A DNA stretch of 32,000 nt, from the NCBI GenBank assembly GCA_030606485.1, contig JAUWGH010000009.1, positions 30,001-62,000 on the forward strand, written 5' to 3'. Origin of the DNA: Promethearchaeota archaeon. Lineage in GTDB: Archaea > Asgardarchaeota > Lokiarchaeia > Sigyniarchaeales > SOKP01. Positions within the stretch are counted from its first letter, which is position 1, and each line of letters starts with the position of its first letter. Below are positions 18,259 through 27,507 of this stretch, in pieces. The position numbers and the translations under genes are program-made. The notes below the pieces were generated by a model that worked only from the letters and a program-made list of their open reading frames with translations, did not search any database and had not been told where the DNA came from.

Positions 18259-18789
18259 ATGGATAGAATATCACAATTAAGATTAGAAAATACTAAATTA
18301 AGAGATAAGGTTAATGACCTCGAACAAAAAATTATCTCCATTGTCGGTCTAATTGAACTTTTTCCTTCCGGAATTGAAGGTAAAAAAGAAGCACTAAATG
18401 AGAAAATTTCATCAGTTATAAATTCAACTGCTTCTAGTTTAAAAATAATAACCCCTAAAATTGGACCTTTCTATTATGAAGATATTTTAAATGTAGCTAA
18501 TAGGGGAATCCCCGTGCTTATGATAATTAATGACAGAAGGTTTATACCACCAGAATTTCAAAAATATTACGATGATTTAAAAACTAAATCCAATGTAAGT
18601 ATTGTGAATAACCCTAATGTAAAATATCTCTTAGTTATGAATGATAAAGAAGTTGTATTCAGTGCAGCATCCTTAGTTAAAAAAGAATTATCTAATTCTA
18701 TTTTAATAGGAACTCATGTAAAAGAAAAAAATAAATTAGCGAGAATTGAACAGATCTTCTTGAATATGCTTCCATCCTTTATGAGATAA
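18259..18789 (+). CDS. Leucine-zipper-like N-terminus plus degenerate PLD/TrmB-like domain
   Basis: RISQLRLENTKLRDKVNDLEQKI heptads; NVANRGIPVLMII and NVKYLLVMNDKEVVFSAASL resemble PLD-fold segments without HxK. Confidence 0.5.
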   Translation: MDRISQLRLENTKLRDKVNDLEQKIISIVGLIELFPSGIEGKKEALNEKISSVINSTASSLKIITPKIGPFYYEDILNVANRGIPVLMIINDRRFIPPEFQKYYDDLKTKSNVSIVNNPNVKYLLVMNDKEVVFSAASLVKKELSNSILIGTHVKEKNKLARIEQIFLNMLPSFMR

Positions 18790-18888
18790 TGCCCATAAAA
18801 AAAAATTTTTAAAATACATCATTTAATTCCTAAATTTAAATCAGTAATTTTATTTTACAATTGGAATATTTAAATGAACGCCCTTTTT

Positions 18889-21800
18889 TTAAAATTCTTT
18901 TAATATAGATTCCCCTTCGCGTGAATTTAAAATACCTAATCCAATTTCTCGAATTATTTCCAATTTTCCCTCTATCAACATAAATATATTATCTAATTTG
19001 ATTTTTTGATTTTTGGAAATATAATTTTCAATAATTTTACTACTTTCCTTTGATAATTTTGCAATCTCTAAATGAGATTTAATCTTATTAAATCTAGGAA
19101 TGTTAAAATATAAAGGTCTTTTATGATGATGTCGAGTATCTCTTATAATTTTTACACTTTCAAATAAATCAGGAATGTTTAACATCCCACATAGATAATG
19201 TGCCTCATTTTCATTTTCCGTACTATAATAATAACATGTTGAATCGATGAATTTTCTTCCATCAGGGTCGTATATAACACTGGCAACTAAATTTTTTGCA
19301 TTGGGAAAAATTACTTTATATTTGCCTTTTTGATTTTTTTTTACCTTTGGAAGATTATTTGCAGTATGTGGGCTACATAATTTATTTCTAAAATTAATTC
19401 CGATTTTAAACAGATCCTTTTTAGTCTGTTGCTCATAAATTTTACTTATTAATTTCCAATGTTTTCTACTGAAAGGTCCCAAATTTTCAAAATTATATTG
19501 ATATTCTTTATCTAAAGGTAAAAAAATAGAATAAGTTCCACAATAAAACGGATAAAGTTTTCTTGAAAGAGTTGCTTCGAAAATATTTGTTATTTCAACT
19601 CTTTCTCTTTGATAATGGGCCTTTTTCCAAAATCCTTTTGCTTGTGGTGATATCCATGGTTCAATTATTGCAATATTTCCATTCTGAATTAATTTAATAA
19701 TGTGACAGTAAAGTAAAGACTTTGGGATTAGATCAGCCCCTTGAACAAATTTTGGATGATAGTAAGAGGTATAAATTGGAAGTAATTTGTCTTTTTCTTT
19801 AGGTTTTATTAATTTTTTAACTGAATATTTTTTTCCTCTTTCTTTTTGTGAATATGCCCATGGTTCCAAATAATATTGTTCTATTAATCGCATACTTTCT
19901 GAATCCAAGTAATTACAATGACATGGATATTTCTGAAAAACTGTAGTTATATCATCCTTTTTACTTTCATTAAATTTTGCAAAAAAGCAACAACAATCAA
20001 TATTAAAAACTAGATCATTAAAAATAAAAAATTCTATTTCATAAAAATTATCAAATCTCCGGGCAAATTCATTTTGAGAAGAAACTATTAAGGATCGGGG
20101 CATTACAAAAGCAATTTTACTAGAACCCTCTTTTTTAAGATATAAACTAGGAATTTTGTATAGAAAAATAACGGCTTCTTCGATATTAGTAATATTCTCA
20201 GATCCCGGTAAAATATTATATTGTTTGGAAATTAGCTTCAAATTTCGTTTTAAGTCAGAATTTGCATCTTTATAAGTTAACCAAGGGGGATTAGTTATTA
20301 TTAGATCCATTTTCTCCTTTAACAATAACATTCGAATTCCAACTAAATTATTCAAAATATATAACCAAATATGGTCTTTATCGAGTTGCTTTAAATCATA
20401 TAATTGGTTAAAAAAATTAAATAATACTTCTTTTATCAAAGTGTTAGTAGAACCTATTTTTGAATTAAAGAAGGATAGTTCATCTTTATTATTTAAAAAT
20501 TCAATTGCAGCATCCCATGTATCTTCGAAATTTTCAAATTCTTCCCAGACATTATAAATTAATTTTACTAATTTCCTAAAAATACCAATAGATTTTAAAG
20601 ATAAAGCTTCCTCAGGGATTTTTAATTCTTTTTTATCATCGATTGTATTAATACAAAAATTGTAATAATTACCTAATAATATATCAGATTGTTTAGAAAA
20701 TTCTATTGGATCAATAGAATTACATAGATATACATTTATTGATATTTCTTCAATCCATTTTCTTCGAGATTTAAAATATAAAATCAAATTTGCTTTTGAG
20801 GTTAATATTGCAATAGGATTAATGTCAAAACCATAGATTTTATTAACTGATTCAAACCATTTCTTAGTGGGTTTTGCACCTTCTTCTAATTCAAATAAGC
20901 TATCAATTTTTTTTAATAATTCAATTAAAAAAGTTCCACTTCCACAAGATGAATCTAATACAGCATCACCTAAAGTATAAGATTTTTCCACCATTCGTTT
21001 TGCTAATTTTTCTGGAGTATAATATTCACCTAATTGATGTCTAACTCCAGCAATGATCATTTCTTGATAAATTGTTCTAAAGATATCCGTTGCTTCAAAT
21101 TTCATTAATTTTAATTTATCAAACAACTCATCGCATACTCCTGAAACATTGATAACCCAACGGAAAAAATCATAATGAAATAAGGAAATACCTATTGTTT
21201 CAAAATAATTTTCTAAATCCATAAAATAATCTCTGGAATACTCATCAGGTTTTATGAATTCCTTGTATAGTATTAATTTTATTAAAGTACTCAAATATGA
21301 ATGTCTCAAAAAGAGTTCTTTTCCTATTTTCTCGTCATGATAAGCCATACGGAAATTATTTTTCCATTGCTGGAAACAAACAGTATTTTGTCCCTTATGT
21401 TCATCAAAATGGTTTTCTAATCGTGCTAAATATAATATATAGAGAGGGGAATTAACTCCAAATAATATTGCAAATTGTTCAGCATTTAAAACTCTCGGTT
21501 CAAGAAGACATTGAATTAAAGATCTTATAGATTTTTTATTTAGTTCTTGTTGCTGATGTAGTACCAAATGTTCATCATAATACCAGATAAATTCATCAGA
21601 TATCACAATTAAAAGTGAAGGGAAGGATGCATTTAATTTTCGATATTCCTCAATATATTGTTTCCCTTTGGAGCCAATCCAATTTTCTAACTCCTTTTTT
21701 GAAATTTTATATTTAAAATCAATAATTATATCTCCTATTAATGAATCAGGTCTTCCACTTAGCAATTTTTGCTGTTCTTGATAATTAAGTTCAAATTTAT

Positions 21801-21894
21801 CAAATAAACTTTCAAACCAGTGTTCTATAGTATGCTCATTTAAGGCTCTTCTTAAAGGACTGATATCAAAATCTTTATCATAACTTGAAATCAT
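18889..21894 (-). CDS. Type IIG restriction-modification enzyme (PD-(D/E)XK nuclease + N6-adenine MTase + TRD in one chain)
   Basis: RPDSLIGDIIIDFK; GEYYTPEKLA; VLDSSCGSGTFL; GFDINPIA; IITNPPW; C-terminal TRD-like region (YYLCGMLN-type segment HYLCGMLN). Confidence 0.85.
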   Translation of the reverse strand: MISSYDKDFDISPLRRALNEHTIEHWFESLFDKFELNYQEQQKLLSGRPDSLIGDIIIDFKYKISKKELENWIGSKGKQYIEEYRKLNASFPSLLIVISDEFIWYYDEHLVLHQQQELNKKSIRSLIQCLLEPRVLNAEQFAILFGVNSPLYILYLARLENHFDEHKGQNTVCFQQWKNNFRMAYHDEKIGKELFLRHSYLSTLIKLILYKEFIKPDEYSRDYFMDLENYFETIGISLFHYDFFRWVINVSGVCDELFDKLKLMKFEATDIFRTIYQEMIIAGVRHQLGEYYTPEKLAKRMVEKSYTLGDAVLDSSCGSGTFLIELLKKIDSLFELEEGAKPTKKWFESVNKIYGFDINPIAILTSKANLILYFKSRRKWIEEISINVYLCNSIDPIEFSKQSDILLGNYYNFCINTIDDKKELKIPEEALSLKSIGIFRKLVKLIYNVWEEFENFEDTWDAAIEFLNNKDELSFFNSKIGSTNTLIKEVLFNFFNQLYDLKQLDKDHIWLYILNNLVGIRMLLLKEKMDLIITNPPWLTYKDANSDLKRNLKLISKQYNILPGSENITNIEEAVIFLYKIPSLYLKKEGSSKIAFVMPRSLIVSSQNEFARRFDNFYEIEFFIFNDLVFNIDCCCFFAKFNESKKDDITTVFQKYPCHCNYLDSESMRLIEQYYLEPWAYSQKERGKKYSVKKLIKPKEKDKLLPIYTSYYHPKFVQGADLIPKSLLYCHIIKLIQNGNIAIIEPWISPQAKGFWKKAHYQRERVEITNIFEATLSRKLYPFYCGTYSIFLPLDKEYQYNFENLGPFSRKHWKLISKIYEQQTKKDLFKIGINFRNKLCSPHTANNLPKVKKNQKGKYKVIFPNAKNLVASVIYDPDGRKFIDSTCYYYSTENENEAHYLCGMLNIPDLFESVKIIRDTRHHHKRPLYFNIPRFNKIKSHLEIAKLSKESSKIIENYISKNQKIKLDNIFMLIEGKLEIIREIGLGILNSREGESILKEF

Positions 21895-22155
21895 TAATTT
21901 TTATCCATGTTTATTATTTGTAAGATTGGTTTATAATAATATTAAAATTCATAACAAAATTGTCAATAACTAGTAGAAGAAATCATAAAATACATGGATA
22001 TTACATAAATTGTCAAAAAAAGAGATATTTGTATTATTAATTAAATCAAAAAAGCGACACAAATTAAAATATACTAAGAAAATATTTGTTTTTTAACAAT
22101 TTATTATTTCTTTTCTCTCTATTTATTTAAATCTTTCATCTTATAATTTTATTTC

Positions 22156-22557
22156 ATGTTAAATAAATTAGATCAAGAATATACGGAATTAATATTAGAT
22201 GATCTTAATGAACAAACATTAAATGAAAATTTAGAATCATTTCTTCTTGAAAATATTAAATACCTCTTAATAAGAGAGAATTTTATTTCAAGTAAAAATC
22301 ACTTCAAATTTTTAATAGTCAATGGCTCAGTAATTCCTGATTTTAAAAATGGTTTTTATGAAGGAAAATTTTTAATACAACAACTTAATACATCAAGATC
22401 TATAGCGTATGGTGATTTTTCAACAACTATAAAATTATTAGATAATGAAACCGTTGAGATTCTTGATATGATTGTTGGGCTATATCCAAAAGATTTTTAT
22501 TATGGTATAAACCATCTTTCTAAAATTAACTTTCATATTCTATTTCAGAATTGGTAA
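22156..22557 (+). CDS. Hypothetical protein
   Basis: 133 aa ORF in an AT-rich context; no recognised motif. Confidence 0.5.
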   Translation: MLNKLDQEYTELILDDLNEQTLNENLESFLLENIKYLLIRENFISSKNHFKFLIVNGSVIPDFKNGFYEGKFLIQQLNTSRSIAYGDFSTTIKLLDNETVEILDMIVGLYPKDFYYGINHLSKINFHILFQNW

Positions 22558-22692
22558 GACATATGTTATTTTAATTAACTTTTATTAAAGTTAATGTTCT
22601 AACGATAAAAATAAAAATTAATATTGTTTTAAAAGAATTTAATAAAATTGTTCAAAAAATAATCTAACTAATTTAAATAGAAAATTGAAAGA

Positions 22693-23313
22693 CTAGGCAG
22701 TTTCTTGCTCGGGCATTTCACCCTGAAGCTTCTTATAATGATTTAATACCCCTTGACGTGCAGCATAAACAAATCCCCGCTTCACATTAACTCCAGTAAT
22801 AGCTATCGTCTCATAGATTAGCGTTTGATTTAACTTTGCTTTATCAAGAACCTCACGAATTTTATTTATCTCTACAATATCTTCTAAATCCCGTTTATTT
22901 GCACAAACAACAAGTGGAACTTCCGCTGGGTCTGAAAAACTTTTAGAAATTAATCTATCTCCATAAAATTGTAATAATTCTTTTAAACTCCATATATTTT
23001 CTTCCCACTGGTCGATTAAACTGTCCCAAAAGAAGAGGATACAATCAGTTCCTTTGAGGACCGTTCGTCTCTGGAATTTGTGGCGTCTCTGGCCGGCGAC
23101 GGTATAAACTTGAAACACCACATTGCTTACTCGGGCTACTACTCTATCAAAGAACAATGTACGACCAGTTGGATCAGCTATCTGCTGCATATCACCTGAA
23201 GCAAGTCCCTCTTTCTTGTATACCCATTCTAAGGCAGTTGTTTTTCCTCCTAAAGATGGACCCCAGAATACAACTTTGAAAACCAGTGTTCCATCCCCGC
23301 GACGACTTGGAAT
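22693..23313 (-). CDS. Small GTPase, MglA-like/Ras superfamily; start lies upstream of the ORF-track call (probable ATT at 23313)
   Basis: G1 GPSLGGKTT (upstream of ATG 23190), G2 RTLFFD, G3 YTVAGQ, G4 ANKRD, G5 ETIA. In-frame TGA at 23343-23341; SD AGGAGAGG at 23328-23321. Confidence 0.9.
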   Translation of the reverse strand: MPSRRGDGTLVFKVVFWGPSLGGKTTALEWVYKKEGLASGDMQQIADPTGRTLFFDRVVARVSNVVFQVYTVAGQRRHKFQRRTVLKGTDCILFFWDSLIDQWEENIWSLKELLQFYGDRLISKSFSDPAEVPLVVCANKRDLEDIVEINKIREVLDKAKLNQTLIYETIAITGVNVKRGFVYAARQGVLNHYKKLQGEMPEQETA

Positions 23314-23391
23314 ATTTAATCCTCTCCTATTAAAAATTTTTCATTTATTAATTTTGATAAAGAAAATTGTTATAAAATTTATAATAATTCT

Positions 23392-23538
23392 CTTAAATTA
23401 ATGTTATCTAAATTATATTAATTTAATATTGTTTAAAGTATTTAAATAATATCTACTAATAAGATATCTCAAAATTTGAGTCTGAAGGTTAGGTATCTTC
23501 TCATGATTGATGATAGCAAAGATGAAATCTTTAATTTG
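23392..23538 (+). repeat. Left copy of a ~145 bp imperfect direct repeat (copy of the phosphoesterase upstream region and 5' end)
   Basis: tttaaagtatttaaataatatctactaataagatatctcaaaatttgagtctgaaggttaggtatcttctcatgattgatgatagcaaagatgaaa aligns with the 28495-28643 region. Confidence 0.85.
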
Positions 23539-23541
23539 TGA
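23503..23541 (+). pseudogene. Truncated copy of the phosphoesterase N-terminus (MIDDSKDEIFNL*)
   Basis: First 8 codons match MIDDSKDE at 28610, then a frameshift and stop. Confidence 0.75.
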
Positions 23542-24146
23542 TTCTTCAGTTAATTCACCATACTTCTGCGTACTAATAACAAATAGATCTTAATAGTTGT
23601 ATTTCGGCAACGTTAGCTAATCGAGTGGTCTCTCTTCATCAATAAAAAAATATTCAAGGTGTCCATCGATAATAATTTATTTAATCATATTTAATGAACT
23701 GTTAAGAAACCTCTCAAATTTTTTATTGAAGATATCCGAGTGTGTTATACCTCCGTTCGAAAATTTCTGAGTCACAATCACTGTTTGTATTGTAAGTATA
23801 ATATTCACGGTTATTATAGAAATAAAAAGCACTCGAACCTAATTTATAGTCAAGATTTAAGTTATCAAAATCTATCCCAGTCATTGCATTGGCAACTAAA
23901 GTATTCGTATCTAGATTTATACTTAAAATATATGATAATGCACCCTAATATTTTATAATGGAGTTGCAATTAATGAATTAACGTTTTATACTACATCTTG
24001 TTGGTGAGTGATAAAAATTTTAAGAATAAAGATAACTTGTATTTAATAAACAAAAAAAGAAATCTTTATATGTTCAGACAAGAAAAATTAAATGAAATAA
24101 AATAAATTTAAATAAATTAAATTAAAAAAAAAAAAAATGAAATAAA

Positions 24147-24932
24147 ATGAGGAAAGGAATTACAGCAATAGTAATAATAGTTTGTATAGTAGCAGGGTTC
24201 GCTGCTGGATGGCTTTTTTCCGCATTTCTCCCGGGGCTAACACAAGTATCGCTAGTTGATCAGATTAAGGCGCGAGGTTATATCATTGTTGGAACTAGTT
24301 CTGATTGGCCACCCTTCGAGGTATTCAACACGACTACGCAAGAGTTGGAAGGCTTTGACATCGACATATCAGAATTGGTTGCAGCAGAACTCGGTGTTAC
24401 TGTTCAATGGAGCGACATGGACTTTGACTCACTGATAGGTGCTTGTACTGGAGGCACAATCGATATGGTTGCGGCTGCAATAATGGTCACACCAGAACGT
24501 GCAGAAGTTCTCGCGCATTCCGTGCCCTACATTCGTGTAAACGAATTAATCATCGTTAGAGGTGATTCAATCCTTACGATTACTAAATTAGAGGATTTAG
24601 CAGCTCTTCCGGCCAAATCAGTCGGCTGCCAATCGGGTACTACACAAGAGGACGAATTGATAGACGCTGGTGTAGATTATGCGTCATATGTTAGTGCTCT
24701 TTTGATGCTCGCCGACCTAGACGCTGGCGGTATCGATGTAGCATTCATAGACGAGCCAGTCTTAGGTCAGTATATGGCATACGGCTTCAAGTCCATTTTT
24801 AGCGTACCAGCTGAACCTACAGCGTTATGGTGTAAATGGGAAGAACCGGAATTAATGGCGGCGATCAATAAAGCCCTCCTTGAAGCCTATAAAGACGGGA
24901 CGATAGATGCTCTTATCGCAAAGTGGTTTTAG
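24147..24932 (+). CDS. Polar amino-acid ABC transporter substrate-binding protein (family 3) with N-terminal membrane anchor
   Basis: IVGTSSDWPPFE, GFDIDI, DFDSLI, VGCQSGTTQ, LIAKWF. Confidence 0.92.
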   Translation: MRKGITAIVIIVCIVAGFAAGWLFSAFLPGLTQVSLVDQIKARGYIIVGTSSDWPPFEVFNTTTQELEGFDIDISELVAAELGVTVQWSDMDFDSLIGACTGGTIDMVAAAIMVTPERAEVLAHSVPYIRVNELIIVRGDSILTITKLEDLAALPAKSVGCQSGTTQEDELIDAGVDYASYVSALLMLADLDAGGIDVAFIDEPVLGQYMAYGFKSIFSVPAEPTALWCKWEEPELMAAINKALLEAYKDGTIDALIAKWF

Positions 24933-24938
24933 GGGTGA

Positions 24939-25628
24939 TTGATGGTGGAGACGCCAGATCTCCCTTCTATTTTTTTTTATATTCTCGTGAATGGATTACC
25001 CTTAACCTTACTACTCACTGCCCTAGGTCTTTTGGGGGGCTTTTTCCTGGGTTTATCGCTGGCAATCATGCGCGTTTATGGAGGTAAAGACCTTGATTTG
25101 GTATCGAGCGGCTACGGGAAGGTATTGCGTGGCATCCCACTTTTGGTTTTGATCTACATCTTCGTCTTTGGAATACCTGGTATATTTTGGTTTATAGACC
25201 CACTTATGAGACCGCTTTTCGGCGTAATTTTGGCGCTTGCTCTTCGCAGTGGGGCTTACCAATCTCAGCTTTTTCGCGGGGCTATTTTATCCGTGGACCC
25301 GGGGCAGATGATGGCTGCTCGTGCGATGGGGATGAGCCAGTTCCAAGCTTTCCGACACATTGTGTTGCCCCAAGCCCTACGGCTGGCAATACCTAGCTGG
25401 TCTAACGAGTATGCGGTGGTCATCAAGGATTCGTCCTACGCCTACGCGGTTGGAATTATTGAGATGCTAAAGGTGGCATTTCGTGTATCTGCTAATTACC
25501 CACTGCTCTGGGCTCCAACGATGGGTGTTGTTGCGATTCTATACTTTATCTTTACTTATCCTATAACAAGGATATTTGGCGAACGACAAACCAAGAAACT
25601 TAAGAAGTTGGGAATGGGAGGTGGTTAG
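24939..25628 (+). CDS. Polar amino-acid ABC transporter permease (HisM/GlnP family)
   Basis: [49 protein letters not shown]. Confidence 0.92.
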   Translation: MMVETPDLPSIFFYILVNGLPLTLLLTALGLLGGFFLGLSLAIMRVYGGKDLDLVSSGYGKVLRGIPLLVLIYIFVFGIPGIFWFIDPLMRPLFGVILALALRSGAYQSQLFRGAILSVDPGQMMAARAMGMSQFQAFRHIVLPQALRLAIPSWSNEYAVVIKDSSYAYAVGIIEMLKVAFRVSANYPLLWAPTMGVVAILYFIFTYPITRIFGERQTKKLKKLGMGGG

Positions 25629-25630
25629 AT

Positions 25631-26422
25631 ATCGTTAAATCTGTGCTACGTATAGTTGATGGTTGGAAGTCATATGGGGATTTACAGGTCCTTAAGGGAG
25701 TCTCATTCGAGGTGGGGGAGCAAGAGGTCAAGGTCATCTTTGGACCAAGTGGCTCTGGCAAGAGCACATTGCTTCGTTGCATCAACATGCTGGACCCACT
25801 AGACAAGGGTGAAGTACATCTCCGTGAACAGAATCTTATGGCACCTGGAATCAATCTTAATGCGATACGGGCGAGAATCGGCATGGTATTCCAACATTTT
25901 AATCTGTTCGCCCACCTTAAAGCGATAGATAATGTCAGTATCGGTCTTCGTCAGGTCAAAAAGCTACCAAAGGAGGAGGCTCGCGCAAAGGCATTGGAGA
26001 TGTTAAATCGTGTCAAGATGGCGGAGTGGGTTGATCACTATCCTGCACAACTATCCGGTGGCCAACAACAACGTGTGGGCATTGCACGTGCTTTGTCCAT
26101 GGAACCCGATGTAATTTTGTTTGACGAGCCTACATCTGCCTTGGATCCTGAACTGATAGGCGAAGTGCTTCAAGTGATGTTAGACATCGCTAAATCGGGT
26201 ACTACAATGATAGTCGTCACCCACGAAATGGGATTTGCTAGAGCCGTAGCATCAGAAATGCTCTTCCTCGATAATGGAGTCATTGTAGAACGGGGAACCC
26301 CCCAGCACTTCTTCGTCTCGCCCAAATCCGAGCGGGTAAAACAGTTTCTCAAACAGCTTGATATTTTATACGGAAGCCATAAAGAACTTCTGAAGCGGTC
26401 AAACGAGGAGGAAAGCAAGTAA
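25631..26422 (+). CDS. Polar amino-acid ABC transporter ATP-binding protein (GlnQ family); start ATC 25631 or GTG 25643
   Basis: [54 protein letters not shown]. Confidence 0.95.
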   Translation: MVKSVLRIVDGWKSYGDLQVLKGVSFEVGEQEVKVIFGPSGSGKSTLLRCINMLDPLDKGEVHLREQNLMAPGINLNAIRARIGMVFQHFNLFAHLKAIDNVSIGLRQVKKLPKEEARAKALEMLNRVKMAEWVDHYPAQLSGGQQQRVGIARALSMEPDVILFDEPTSALDPELIGEVLQVMLDIAKSGTTMIVVTHEMGFARAVASEMLFLDNGVIVERGTPQHFFVSPKSERVKQFLKQLDILYGSHKELLKRSNEEESK

Positions 26423-27198
26423 TGTTTCAAGTACTCCCTCAACCGATAGAGGATATTCTCCGTGTACTGGAGTACTGGGATCATATCCTCGCAGGGTTCC
26501 TAACTACGATGGAATTGTATGGAGGGGCGATTGTGATGGGCTTTTTCCTTGGTCTTCTGCTCGCTCTTCTCCGCCAGTATGGGGGGTTTATTATTTCACG
26601 GATTGCTACCGGGTACATTGAATTTATACGTGGTACACCCTTACTCGCGCAGTTGTTCTTCATTTACTTTCTCCCCTACAGCATGAATGCTATTTTAGAG
26701 GCACAAGGTCTTTTCCCCATACCTATTGGGAAGTGGAGTTTCCAAACCGACATTATAATCCTCGACCGGATTATCACTTACACAATCTTTGATCACCGAA
26801 TGCTTGTCGGTCTCCTCACGTTAGCTCTTAATAGTGCAGCCTATCAGGCTGAATACATCCGTGGAGCCATTAAATCTGTTGGGACCGGTCAATTATTAGC
26901 TGCCCAATCGCTGGGTATGTCTCGTCTGGCCAGTATTCGTCATGTCGTGTTACCACAGGCTCTGCGTCGTGTTATTCCTGCGTGGTCCAACGAAGCTGCT
27001 TATCTTCCGAAGTACACCGTTGTTGTATTTTTCATTGGAGTGGTGGACCTCTTTGGCAAGGCGCATTTTATCGTTGCAAATATTTTTCGCACACTCACCA
27101 CATATTGCATAATCGCTCTCATTTTTCTAGCTCTGATCACAATTATCTCCAAGGTACTAGACTTTGTCCACAAACGGACAAGTATTCCAGGTTTGTAG
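26422..27198 (+). CDS. Polar amino-acid ABC transporter permease (second)
   Basis: IRGTPLLAQL, SAAYQAEYIRGAIKSV..GQ..AA.SLGMS, LPQALRR; start overlaps the upstream stop (TAATG). Confidence 0.92.
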   Translation: MFQVLPQPIEDILRVLEYWDHILAGFLTTMELYGGAIVMGFFLGLLLALLRQYGGFIISRIATGYIEFIRGTPLLAQLFFIYFLPYSMNAILEAQGLFPIPIGKWSFQTDIIILDRIITYTIFDHRMLVGLLTLALNSAAYQAEYIRGAIKSVGTGQLLAAQSLGMSRLASIRHVVLPQALRRVIPAWSNEAAYLPKYTVVVFFIGVVDLFGKAHFIVANIFRTLTTYCIIALIFLALITIISKVLDFVHKRTSIPGL

Positions 27199-27507
27199 TT
27201 TGTCCAAGAATCTATTTACTATTAAACAGAATGAGCATACGCAGTTTATAGTTATCGATGTAATCTTAAAGATATTTCTAAATTTCAATATTTTAATTTT
27301 GAACCTTAAGATAAAATAAATAGCGATATGTTTGAAGATATGTTCTACCCAAATTTTATTATAAAATTAAAACCTGTAGTAAAGGGATTAATTTACAAAT
27401 ACCTTAACTTTCGATGATTTGTATTTGGAAAAAAATTTATAAGAAGTGAAATTGTTAGAGTTAATAATTAAGAAATAACTAAATCCATAATCAGATGGTG
27501 GTTTTAC

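Noticed and set aside
23123-23958. + strand ORFs of 92 and 72 aa
   Set aside because: The first is antisense to the GTPase; the second has an implausible composition and no SD.
27328-27471. Short ATG ORF with an internal TGA (possible Sec readthrough or pseudogene)
   Set aside because: No Sec-protein motif, no recognisable homology, no SECIS-like hairpin seen.
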